The notes under the pieces were generated by a model, which saw only the letters and a program-made list of their open reading frames with translations, was not told the origin of the DNA and did not search any database. A DNA stretch of 64,000 nucleotides from a virus, in the IMG/VR virus record IMGVR_UViG_3300044608_002890; one strand, 5' to 3'. Below, piece after piece: positions 46,201 through 52,973 of this stretch. A program made the translations under genes and the position numbers. Positions within the stretch are counted from its first letter, which is position 1, and the number at the start of each line of letters is the position of its first letter.

Positions 46201-46393
46201 AGATTAAAAATTAGTCCCGCCACACCTGTTGCTCAAATCCCTAGAGTTAGCGGTGCTCCCAGGGCGAGGCGGGTGCAAGCCCCGTCAACTAAAATACACT
46301 TGCAATTGGCGCTGCAAGGTACGGATGTCTAGCCTGAGGACTGTCGTCCAAGACACAGAAGACAATATGAAACCAGTTTAGGGACTGGTGCCA
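46198..46393 (+). ncRNA. Candidate ncRNA D between cassettes 4 and 5
   Basis: T-arm-like GCGGG-TGCAAGC-CCCGT; ends in ACCAGT-TTAGGG-ACTGGT hairpin plus GCCA. Confidence 0.35.
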
Positions 46394-46455
46394 TATTGAA
46401 GCACATTGCTGCGAACAGGTTGATCGCTGTATCTGGTAGTGTGTTTCAATATGGT
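46390..46455 (+). repeat. Inverted-repeat cassette 5
   Basis: GCCATATTGAAGCACATTGCT ... GGTAGTGTGTTTCAATATGGT; final GGT is the 5' end of the next tRNA. Confidence 0.9.
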
Positions 46456-46528
46456 AATGTAGCATAGCGGCTAATGCAGCACCTTCATACGGTGCCTATC
46501 GTCAGTTCGAGTCTGACCATTACTACCA
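46453..46528 (+). tRNA. trnM: tRNA-Met(CAU)
   Basis: GCACC-TTCATAC-GGTGC; GGTAATG/CATTACT; ACCA. Confidence 0.85.
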
Positions 46529-46533
46529 GTTAT

Positions 46534-46625
46534 GGAGGGTTAACCGAGCTGGGCTCGGCACTGTCTTGAAAACAGAGGGATTGGCGATGAGCCGGTTGGA
46601 GTTCGATTCTACCAGCCCTCCTCCA
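46534..46625 (+). tRNA. trnS: tRNA-Ser(UGA)
   Basis: Loop CTTGAAA; long variable arm; GGAGGGT/GCCCTCC; U discriminator and imperfect T stem. Confidence 0.8.
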
Positions 46626-46634
46626 AAAAAATGC

Positions 46635-46662
46635 TTGACAACTAGCATCAAGGTGCTAGAAT
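46635..46662 (+). promoter_or_regulatory. Sigma70-like promoter with extended -10
   Basis: TTGACA-16 bp-TAGAAT (GTGCTAGAATAG). Confidence 0.7.
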
Positions 46663-46680
46663 AGTAGTTGTAGTAATTAT

Positions 46681-46757
46681 TCCAGGACGGCCACAAGGTG
46701 GGGCAGCGGACTGTTAATCCGTTCATCAGGTAGGTTCGATTCCTACTCCTGGAGCCA
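46681..46757 (+). tRNA. trnN: tRNA-Asn(GUU)
   Basis: GCGGA-CTGTTAA-TCCGT; TCCAGGA/TCCTGGA; GCCA. Confidence 0.92.
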
Positions 46758-46759
46758 AT

Positions 46760-46837
46760 GTTGGGATGGCAGAGAGGTCCAATGCAAGTGCCTGCAAAGC
46801 ACTACGGTCGTCGGTTCGAATCCGACTCCCAACTCCA
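46760..46837 (+). tRNA. trnC: tRNA-Cys(GCA)
   Basis: AGTGC-CTGCAAA-GCACT; U discriminator. Confidence 0.92.
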
Positions 46838-46851
46838 GAATGTAAGAATTT

Positions 46852-46926
46852 GGTCTGTTAGTTCATCGGTAAGAATAGCGGCTTGTCACGCCGCAGAGAC
46901 GGGTTCGATTCCCGTACAGACCGCCA
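46852..46926 (+). tRNA. trnD: tRNA-Asp(GUC)
   Basis: GCGGC-TTGTCAC-GCCGC; GCCA. Confidence 0.93.
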
Positions 46927-46933
46927 AGTTTAT

Positions 46934-47008
46934 GCACCGTTCGACTATCGGTTAGGTCACTAGACTTTCAATCTGGAGAGACGGGTTCGACTCCCGTACG
47001 GTGTACCA
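46934..47008 (+). tRNA. trnE: tRNA-Glu(UUC)
   Basis: CTAGA-CTTTCAA-TCTGG. Confidence 0.92.
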
Positions 47009-47016
47009 AGAATTAT

Positions 47017-47090
47017 CTCGGTGTAGTATAATGGCATTACGTCGGTCTCCAAAACCGGTTATGGCGGTTCGAATCCGTCCACCGAGGCCA
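47017..47090 (+). tRNA. trnW: tRNA-Trp(CCA)
   Basis: Loop CTCCAAA; CTCGGTG/CACCGAG; GCCA. Confidence 0.92.
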
Positions 47091-47091
47091 T

Positions 47092-47168
47092 ACCACTGTA
47101 GCTCAGTTGAATAGAGTGCCTGGCTACGAACCAGGAGGTCGTGGGTTTGAATCCTGCCAGTGGTGCCA
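47092..47168 (+). tRNA. trnR: tRNA-Arg(ACG)
   Basis: CCTGG-CTACGAA-CCAGG. Confidence 0.92.
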
Positions 47169-47176
47169 GTTTTAAA

Positions 47177-47265
47177 GGGACCTGCCCCTATCAGCGGACT
47201 GTAAATCCGTCGTCAGAAAACCGATAGGAAGTAGACAAGTGGAGCGTTACCACCAGGGCCCACCA
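47177..47265 (+). tRNA. trnY: Atypical tRNA-Tyr(GUA)-like RNA lacking a normal D arm
   Basis: GCGGA-CTGTAAA-TCCGT; acceptor GGGACCT/AGGGCCC (one mismatch)+ACCA; T loop AGCGTTA; CCTATC pairs with GATAGG. Confidence 0.6.
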
Positions 47266-47269
47266 GATA

Positions 47270-47343
47270 CTCGGATTGGTGAAATGGTATCATTCGTGCT
47301 TTGGGAGCATGAGGCGCAAGTTCGATTCTTGCATCCGAGACCA
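47270..47343 (+). tRNA. trnP: tRNA-Pro(UGG)
   Basis: CGTGC-TTTGGGA-GCATG; CTCGGAT/ATCCGAG. Confidence 0.92.
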
Positions 47344-47348
47344 GTAAT

Positions 47349-47422
47349 GGTGTTGTTAGTGTAGTGGTTGCACACCTGTCTGTGAAACAGGTAGAGAGGG
47401 TTCGATTCCCCACTTCACCCCA
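47349..47422 (+). tRNA. trnH: tRNA-His(GUG), imperfect stems
   Basis: CCTGT-CTGTGAA-ACAGG; G-1:C73; two U-U mismatches in the acceptor stem. Confidence 0.75.
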
Positions 47423-47426
47423 GTTT

Positions 47427-47503
47427 GCCCCGGTGACGGAATAGGTATACGTGTTGGTCTTAGAAACCAAATTTTGGGAGTTCGACTCTCCCCTGGGGCA
47501 CCA
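47427..47503 (+). tRNA. trnL: tRNA-Leu(UAG) with short variable loop
   Basis: TTGGT-CTTAGAA-ACCAA; no class II arm; ACCA. Confidence 0.85.
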
Positions 47504-47513
47504 TATATACGGC

Positions 47514-48152
47514 ATGAAACCAAAAGCCGCCGTATTTGTGCATCATCCTCAGTGCAGCATCCAAAGTGCACATGGCATAGTTAGAACGTTGTACGATGAT
47601 TTTGACATAGATTGCATAGGCAAACCGGATTTAAATGATAGGAAACTTAAGAAGTATGACATACTATGTGTGCCTGGTGGCATAGGCGACAGTGATACCT
47701 GGCATGCGATCCTGGAAGATCAGGCCCACAGTCTGAGAAATTTTACGGCTAGTGGTCGACGTTACCTGGGTATTTGCATGGGGGCATATTGGGCCGGACA
47801 GCATTATTTGAAGTTGTTGGATGGTGTAGATGCAGTACAGTACATTAAAAGACCGGGTGCAGACATACTACGAAGTTTCGGCACCGTTGCCAGCATAGAT
47901 TGGTTGGGTCAAAACGAAAACATGTATTTTTACGATGGTTGTAGTTTGCTGGGTGATGAAGCCCGGTTTAGAACCATAGCACGATATAGCAATGGCGATG
48001 CAGCTGCCATCATACAGGACAACATAGGCTGCATAGGACCACATCCCGAAAGCGATGTGTATTGGTATAGCAAGAAGTTCATGCGGCCCTACTGGCATGA
48101 GTACAGGCATCATGAACTGCTTAGAAATTTTGTAAAGGAAATGTTTGTTTAA
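47514..48152 (+). CDS. Class I glutamine-amidotransferase-like protein (BPL_N-like)
   Basis: LCVPGG, YLGICMGAYWAG nucleophile elbow, IGPHPES; start set at ATG 47514 because the upstream in-frame part is tRNA-Leu. Confidence 0.75.
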   Translation: MKPKAAVFVHHPQCSIQSAHGIVRTLYDDFDIDCIGKPDLNDRKLKKYDILCVPGGIGDSDTWHAILEDQAHSLRNFTASGRRYLGICMGAYWAGQHYLKLLDGVDAVQYIKRPGADILRSFGTVASIDWLGQNENMYFYDGCSLLGDEARFRTIARYSNGDAAAIIQDNIGCIGPHPESDVYWYSKKFMRPYWHEYRHHELLRNFVKEMFV

Positions 48153-48224
48153 GCGGGTTGTTAGAGGAATACGTTTGGCCTTCCAAGCCGAAAGATGCAG
48201 GTTCGATGCCTGTAGCCCGCTCCA
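48153..48224 (+). tRNA. trnG: tRNA-Gly(UCC)
   Basis: TTGGC-CTTCCAA-GCCGA; GCGGGTT/AGCCCGC; TCCA. Confidence 0.85.
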
Positions 48225-48226
48225 TA

Positions 48227-48301
48227 CCCGGATTAGCTCAGAGGAAGAGCAGCGTCTTGATAAGGCGAAGGCGGATGGATCGTTACCATCATCCGGGACC
48301 A
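48227..48301 (+). tRNA. trnI: tRNA-Ile(GAU)
   Basis: Loop TTGATAA; T loop ATCGTTA; CCCGGAT/ATCCGGG. Confidence 0.88.
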
Positions 48302-48308
48302 GTTTTTC

Positions 48309-48383
48309 GCAGGATTAATTCAGTGGTAGAATGTCTCGTTGCCAACGAGAATGTCAAGGGTTCGAATCCCTTATCCTGCTCCA
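48309..48383 (+). tRNA. trnG: tRNA-Gly(GCC)
   Basis: TCTCG-TTGCCAA-CGAGA; TCCA. Confidence 0.93.
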
Positions 48384-48384
48384 T

Positions 48385-48459
48385 TGGGAATTAGCTCAGC
48401 GGTAGAGCAACGCCCTTACAAGGCGAAGGTCCACAGTTCGATCCTGTGATTCCCAACCA
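48385..48459 (+). tRNA. trnV: tRNA-Val(UAC)
   Basis: Loop CTTACAA; TGGGAAT/ATTCCCA. Confidence 0.9.
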
Positions 48460-48481
48460 AATGATGAAAGAGGAGATCATC

Positions 48482-49036
48482 ATGCCAGTGCTTGCCCTAG
48501 ATGTTTCAGGTACACCACGACAGTGGATCAGCAACGAAGATGCCATTAGCTATCAGGCCACCGACAGCGTAGCCTGGAGCATGGGCGATGTCGTTGTTCG
48601 CTACAGAGGTGGTACTCAAAGGACCGGCACCAAAAGCTATCTAGAGTGTGCAAGCATCATAGCCATCAAGGGGCATGGGTTCAATCCACACAAGCATGCC
48701 AAGGTAGCTTTGAGCAATCGAACCTTATTTGGTCGTGACCGAATGATGTGCGCATACTGTGGTACGCAGCATGCCAGTGCCGGCAAATTAAGCCGTGACC
48801 ACATTGTGCCACGCAGCCGTGGCGGCTCCGATGCCTGGATGAATGTTGTAACGGCTTGTCGTAGTTGCAACAGCAAAAAAGACAACTTGACCCTCAAAGA
48901 AAGTGGCATGGAGTTGCTGTACGTACCCTATGTGCCTAACCATTTTGAGAACATGATACTTCAGAATAGAAATATTCTTACCGATCAAATGGATTACCTG
49001 ATGTCTGGTGTACCCAGACACAGTAGACTGCTTTAG
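48482..49036 (+). CDS. HNH endonuclease
   Basis: RDRMMCAYCG, SRDHIVPRSRGG, WMNVVTACRSCNSKK; GAGGAG SD. Confidence 0.9.
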   Translation: MPVLALDVSGTPRQWISNEDAISYQATDSVAWSMGDVVVRYRGGTQRTGTKSYLECASIIAIKGHGFNPHKHAKVALSNRTLFGRDRMMCAYCGTQHASAGKLSRDHIVPRSRGGSDAWMNVVTACRSCNSKKDNLTLKESGMELLYVPYVPNHFENMILQNRNILTDQMDYLMSGVPRHSRLL

Positions 49037-49109
49037 CCCTCTTAGTTAAATGGTATAACATCGGCTTTGTAACCCGAAATTATCTGTTCGATTCAGTTAG
49101 GGGGCACCA
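49036..49109 (+). tRNA. trnT: tRNA-Thr(UGU)
   Basis: Loop TTTGTAA; GCCCTCT/AGGGGGC; mismatches in anticodon and T stems; first base shared with the HNH stop. Confidence 0.8.
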
Positions 49110-49113
49110 GCAT

Positions 49114-49188
49114 ACCACCGTAGTCTAATGGAAAGGCAACGCTCTTCTAAAGCGTCCTATGGGGGTTCGAGTCCCTCCGGTGGTGCCA
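49114..49188 (+). tRNA. trnR: tRNA-Arg(UCU)
   Basis: ACGCT-CTTCTAA-AGCGT; ACCACCG/CGGTGGT. Confidence 0.92.
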
Positions 49189-49190
49189 GT

Positions 49191-49265
49191 TGCGGGGTAG
49201 CTCAGTAGAAGAGCGCCGGGCTCATAATCCGGAGGTCGGGGGTGCGACTCCCTCTCCCGCTACCA
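49191..49265 (+). tRNA. trnM: tRNA-fMet(CAU), initiator-like
   Basis: Unpaired 1:72 (U/U); CCGGG-CTCATAA-TCCGG; ACCA. Confidence 0.8.
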
Positions 49266-49272
49266 GCAAGAA

Positions 49273-49307
49273 GGGTGCGTATATGCCCAAAAGGCTATAC
49301 GCGACCC
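49273..49307. terminator. Strong hairpin at the convergence of the tRNA array and the minus-strand block
   Basis: GGGT-GCGTATA ... TATACGC-G-ACCC with inner GCC/GGC; no U tract, so termination is unproven. Confidence 0.4.
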
Positions 49308-49324
49308 ATACATCAATCCACCAT

Positions 49325-49729
49325 TCAACCGGACTTGGCTTCATCTTTTTTGTCTTTGTCCGCAGCTCTCTGAGCAGCAGCACCTGCCATGGCAGCTTCC
49401 TTGCCTGTACCAGCCAGCATGATGCCGCTTAGTGTACCGCATAAGAAAGTGGCTACTGGTATGATGAGTTCAAAAAACTTCTGATCTATGGGACTGATGG
49501 CATTCAAGGGCTGAGTTACAAACATGATGCTGTATAGCACAGTAAATACAATGCCTATGAGAGTAAAGGCCAAACAGCATCCAATGATGAACTTAAGCCT
49601 GACCATGAGTTCGTTTTCGGTGTAGCGTTCACCCTTTTTGCTTCTAGCAGCATCTTGCTTGGGTGGTTCTGGTTTTGGTTCATCAGATTTTCCAAGCACC
49701 TTATCGATCATATCTTGCATTATTTGCAC
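49325..49729 (-). CDS. Two-TM membrane protein (holin-like topology)
   Basis: Two long hydrophobic helices; charged C-terminus. Confidence 0.6.
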   Translation of the reverse strand: MQIMQDMIDKVLGKSDEPKPEPPKQDAARSKKGERYTENELMVRLKFIIGCCLAFTLIGIVFTVLYSIMFVTQPLNAISPIDQKFFELIIPVATFLCGTLSGIMLAGTGKEAAMAGAAAQRAADKDKKDEAKSG

Positions 49730-49902
49730 TCCTTCTTGGCTTCTTCTTTAAAGATATGTTCAGGACAAGTTTTGTTGATGTCACACCAGGGTTTTTTGCA
49801 TATGTCTTTGTCCCAGTTATCGGGGTTCTGGCATGGATAACGATAGTAATCAGAACACCCTGATAACAATACCATGCCCAGAATACAAAGATACTTTACC
49901 AT
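49720..49902 (-). CDS. Small lipoprotein
   Basis: Lipobox LLSGC; further Cys residues (YPCQNP..W..DICKKPWC..NKTCPE). Confidence 0.65.
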   Translation of the reverse strand: MVKYLCILGMVLLSGCSDYYRYPCQNPDNWDKDICKKPWCDINKTCPEHIFKEEAKKECK

Positions 49903-50420
49903 GGCAACCACATCCACAGAGCCTGGCTGACTATGACAGATCCTATGGCACCGACAATGGTACTGACATAGAACATGGGCATGCTGGCTGCTAAGATGCT
50001 GGCAGTTAATAGTACAATGCTGATCTGAAGGATGCTACCACCCCAGGTAAACCATGGCGAACGTTTCTTGGCTTCATCACGTTCGGCTTCCAGTGCCTTG
50101 GCCTTTTCCTGGATTTCTTTCTTGTCATCGCTCATGCGTTTGGCTTCGGCAAGAAACTTATCTCGATTCTCGGGTTTCTGAGCTTCAGCAGCACTGATTT
50201 CATAAAGCACGCCACGTACATTCTTAGCCTGATACCAGGCCCACATGTTGTTGGCTTGTATGGTGTTGTTTTGAATTTTACTGGAATTTGAACCACCAAT
50301 CATGGTGTTGATGGCTAGCAGAGCCGCAAGAAACACAATTACAAAACCAGCTTTGTCTTTGATCCTAGCTTCTTTTTCGCTGCGAGTCAGCGGTTTTACT
50401 TCGGGTTTCTGTTCACTCAT
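49896..50420 (-). CDS. Membrane protein, DUF4337-like
   Basis: TM; WAWYQAKNVR; coiled coil; LQISIVL.TASIL TM hairpin. Confidence 0.65.
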   Translation of the reverse strand: MSEQKPEVKPLTRSEKEARIKDKAGFVIVFLAALLAINTMIGGSNSSKIQNNTIQANNMWAWYQAKNVRGVLYEISAAEAQKPENRDKFLAEAKRMSDDKKEIQEKAKALEAERDEAKKRSPWFTWGGSILQISIVLLTASILAASMPMFYVSTIVGAIGSVIVSQALWMWLPW

Positions 50421-50421
50421 G

Positions 50422-50649
50422 TTATTTTTTCTCCTCTTGGGCTTCTTCGTCTAAAATTTCTTTGACCTGTTCCATATAACGAAGGTAAGTATCCAAGAAA
50501 CCGTCAAACGTACTGATGCGTTCTTTAACCATCTCATGATCTTGTACCAATCTATTAATCTGTGATTGCAATACATACAGACCGAACGACTGGAGCAAAA
50601 TTACAAGAGCAAATACTACAAGTATTACATTGTCTCTAATCCAGTTCAT
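50422..50649 (-). CDS. Single-TM coiled-coil protein
   Basis: N-terminal TM helix, GGGGAT SD. Confidence 0.55.
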   Translation of the reverse strand: MNWIRDNVILVVFALVILLQSFGLYVLQSQINRLVQDHEMVKERISTFDGFLDTYLRYMEQVKEILDEEAQEEKK

Positions 50650-50681
50650 AACATCCCCAGAAAAAAATACTAAATATATTT

Positions 50682-51914
50682 ATGGAAACCAAATTAGCAA
50701 CCATAGTTTGTAGCGATGTCATTGGCTACAGTAGTTTGATGCAGGCCGACGAAGAAGGCACGCTTCGTCGCCTGGATGCCTGTCGTGCCATCATAGATGG
50801 TTTAATTAGCGAACACAAGGGCAGATTGTTTAATACTGGCGGCGACAGCATCTTAGTGGAGTTTGCCAGCTCCGTAGACGCCGTGCGGTTCAGCATAGCC
50901 ATGCAAGAACACATGCGCAAACTCAACAATGGCATGCGTTGGCGCATAGGCATGCACATGGGTGAGGTATGGATCTATGGAACCAATCTCATGGGCGACG
51001 CAGTCAACCTAGCAGCTCGCACCGAAAGTCTAGCCGACTATGGTGGGGTGACCATGACCAGCGAAGTTCATAAACTGGTAGCTTCCAAGATAAAAGATCA
51101 GAAATTCATCAGCCGTGGCATGCAGGAATTCAAGAATGTTGCTCCCATGGAAATCTGGAGCATTGACATACCGGGTGCAGAACCCAATCCACATCTAGCC
51201 AAAGCAACAAAACGTCCCGAAGTAACTTCAACCAAGAGTCATGCTGAATTGATAGCCGCAGTTGTCAACGATCAAGCAGCACGAAACCGAAATATCAACG
51301 ATGCTCTTGCATTCAAACAAGATGGCAAGATGGGTCCAGCTACTCGCATACTCATGTGGCGTGTGAGTAAACGAGACATGCAGGCCCTGGATGAACTCAT
51401 AAGCATGAGTCAAAAAAATCTAGTACCCACAGAACTCAAGCCCTATGTGTATGCAGTATTCAAAGAATTTTGCAACAAAATAACCAGTGATCTGGCTCTT
51501 AAGATTGTAGACATTGTAGAGAATGATAGTCGCAGTCTTGCCATGCAGTTTCTCAAACAAGCTGCCAAGGTCAATGAACAGGCCAGCTATAAACTAGCCA
51601 TGATGGTTTTCACAGATCCGCATAGCAGTTCTACCGAAATCGATGGCGTCATAGGTGACTTAAAAGAAAGCGCCATGAAGCGCCGAGTACCGGCCATGAT
51701 GAGTTTGGGCAAGTACTACATGCAGATTGGTGACAAGAAAAATGCTTTTAGATGGCTCTATGCTGCTCGTGCCGAGCACGATAAAGAAGCACAGAATTTG
51801 CTGGAATCATTGAACAAGACCATTAGCAAAAGCGATTTCAATAACTACAAGACCGATGGTGATGCATTGGTGGATGAAATTAAATTCATTGATGAAAATA
51901 GGATGCGACAATGA
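50682..51914 (+). CDS. Class III nucleotide cyclase domain with helical-repeat (Sel1/TPR-like) C-terminus
   Basis: ATIVCSDVIGYS, NTGGDSILVEF, RIGMHMGEV, MGDAVNLAAR; C-terminal LGKYY....KKNAFRWLYAA. Confidence 0.85.
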   Translation: METKLATIVCSDVIGYSSLMQADEEGTLRRLDACRAIIDGLISEHKGRLFNTGGDSILVEFASSVDAVRFSIAMQEHMRKLNNGMRWRIGMHMGEVWIYGTNLMGDAVNLAARTESLADYGGVTMTSEVHKLVASKIKDQKFISRGMQEFKNVAPMEIWSIDIPGAEPNPHLAKATKRPEVTSTKSHAELIAAVVNDQAARNRNINDALAFKQDGKMGPATRILMWRVSKRDMQALDELISMSQKNLVPTELKPYVYAVFKEFCNKITSDLALKIVDIVENDSRSLAMQFLKQAAKVNEQASYKLAMMVFTDPHSSSTEIDGVIGDLKESAMKRRVPAMMSLGKYYMQIGDKKNAFRWLYAARAEHDKEAQNLLESLNKTISKSDFNNYKTDGDALVDEIKFIDENRMRQ

Positions 51915-52123
51915 ATACCCTGGGGTTCATTGTATATTATGTTCTCATTGTCTACGGTTCATTTTTTCTTGTTACAGGCATGCATGAGCTTAGCAAAGAA
52001 GCAAAAACCAACATGCCGCCAGATCACATAGAACAATACTATGCTGAAATGAGTCAGAGGCGCATGATTGGACAGTTGCTTCTCGCCATACCTGTGTTTA
52101 GTTTTGTGGTATGGTTAATTTGA
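51911..52123 (+). CDS. Small membrane protein
   Basis: ATGA overlap with the cyclase; two hydrophobic segments. Confidence 0.5.
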   Translation: MNTLGFIVYYVLIVYGSFFLVTGMHELSKEAKTNMPPDHIEQYYAEMSQRRMIGQLLLAIPVFSFVVWLI

Positions 52124-52303
52124 CTTATTAAACAGATCTTTGTTGAGTTTGTTGACCTGATCCCATAGTGCAGTTATCTGCCTGTCATAGTTTTTCTCAA
52201 GGTAATCCAATCTAACCTTTAACGTTACAGCATAGGCAGCTATGGCTACCACGCCTGCTCCCAAGAACCATAACTTACCTATTGCATCTGTAACGTTTTC
52301 CAT
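52115..52303 (-). CDS. Single-TM small protein
   Basis: TM plus coiled coil, GGA SD. Confidence 0.55.
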   Translation of the reverse strand: MENVTDAIGKLWFLGAGVVAIAAYAVTLKVRLDYLEKNYDRQITALWDQVNKLNKDLFNKSN

Positions 52304-52311
52304 GATAGTTC

Positions 52312-52965
52312 CTATCTGTTGGCTAGTGGATTGTCCAAGGCCTTCTTAAGATCGTCATTGATCTTTTTATCCAAGGCCTTTAACCGAGCATCAACTTCTT
52401 TGTTGTTGGCAGCAATGGCCTTGCTGTTTTCAGCAGACATGCGATTGATTTCTTTGGTTGCAGCATTTATGCTTGCATCTGCTTGCTTCTGTATGTTGCG
52501 AACATCGGTTTTAACTTCGGCAACTGTTCGATCAATTTCTCGTTGCTGAGTTTTGTTGCTACGCTCGACTTCTTCTACGGTCTTTTCAATGCGACGTATG
52601 TCATTCTTGAGATCGTTCTTGATGTCTCGGGTGTATTCAGCAGTCTTGTCCGAACCTTCTTGAACTGCCTTCTGTGTTTTGGCAGCGTTTTCTTCTATCA
52701 AGGCCAAACGTTTATCAAACTCTGTTAGGTCAGGTGCTATGTATTCGGCTATTTTTTTCTTCATACCCACATAATCTTTATATACTTCAAAGGCTCCGTA
52801 TAGGCCACCCAATATACTTGATACCAAAGTAAAGGCTACCATGAGCTTGGCTGGTGTGAATTCATAGCCACCGATGCTGATTACGGTATCAGCACTGGCA
52901 TACTTTTTAACTGCTGCTTGGGCATCATCAATCTTTTTGTTTACGTCTTTAATTTCTTCCGCCAT
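52312..52965 (-). CDS. Membrane-anchored coiled-coil protein
   Basis: One TM (LMVAFTLVSSILGGLYGAF) then a long heptad region; GAGGA SD. Confidence 0.65.
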   Translation of the reverse strand: MAEEIKDVNKKIDDAQAAVKKYASADTVISIGGYEFTPAKLMVAFTLVSSILGGLYGAFEVYKDYVGMKKKIAEYIAPDLTEFDKRLALIEENAAKTQKAVQEGSDKTAEYTRDIKNDLKNDIRRIEKTVEEVERSNKTQQREIDRTVAEVKTDVRNIQKQADASINAATKEINRMSAENSKAIAANNKEVDARLKALDKKINDDLKKALDNPLANR

Positions 52966-52973
52966 CTTTTCCT

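Noticed and set aside
45354-46393. tmRNA, RNase P, SRP, 6S or hammerhead ribozyme
   Set aside because: I found no diagnostic motifs (no tag reading frame with tRNA-like GGGG 5' end, no GAGGAAAGUCC, no SRP GGAA/GCAG loop, no CUGANGA core); left unclassified
44229-46455. CRISPR array or integron attC cassettes
   Set aside because: Repeats are paired inverted arms, spacing varies from about 25 to 190 nt, no cas or integrase gene is in the window, and there is no RYYYAAC/GTTRRRY core; the conserved G-U wobble favours an RNA stem
46534-46625. Opal suppressor tRNA or stop-codon recoding
   Set aside because: Anticodon UGA reads the Ser codon UCA; core genes are uninterrupted in code 11 and no CUA, UUA or UCA anticodon was found
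43948-49432. ORF-track entries overlapping tRNAs (e.g. 43948-44334, 44181-44372, 44692-44907, 46523-46726, 46758-46955, 47213-47515, 47356-47571, 48158-48394, 49190-49432)
   Set aside because: Shadow ORFs of tRNA genes, without SD or protein motifs
49325-50649. Definite holin/spanin lysis cassette
   Set aside because: Topologies are compatible, but no endolysin is adjacent and no family motif was recognised
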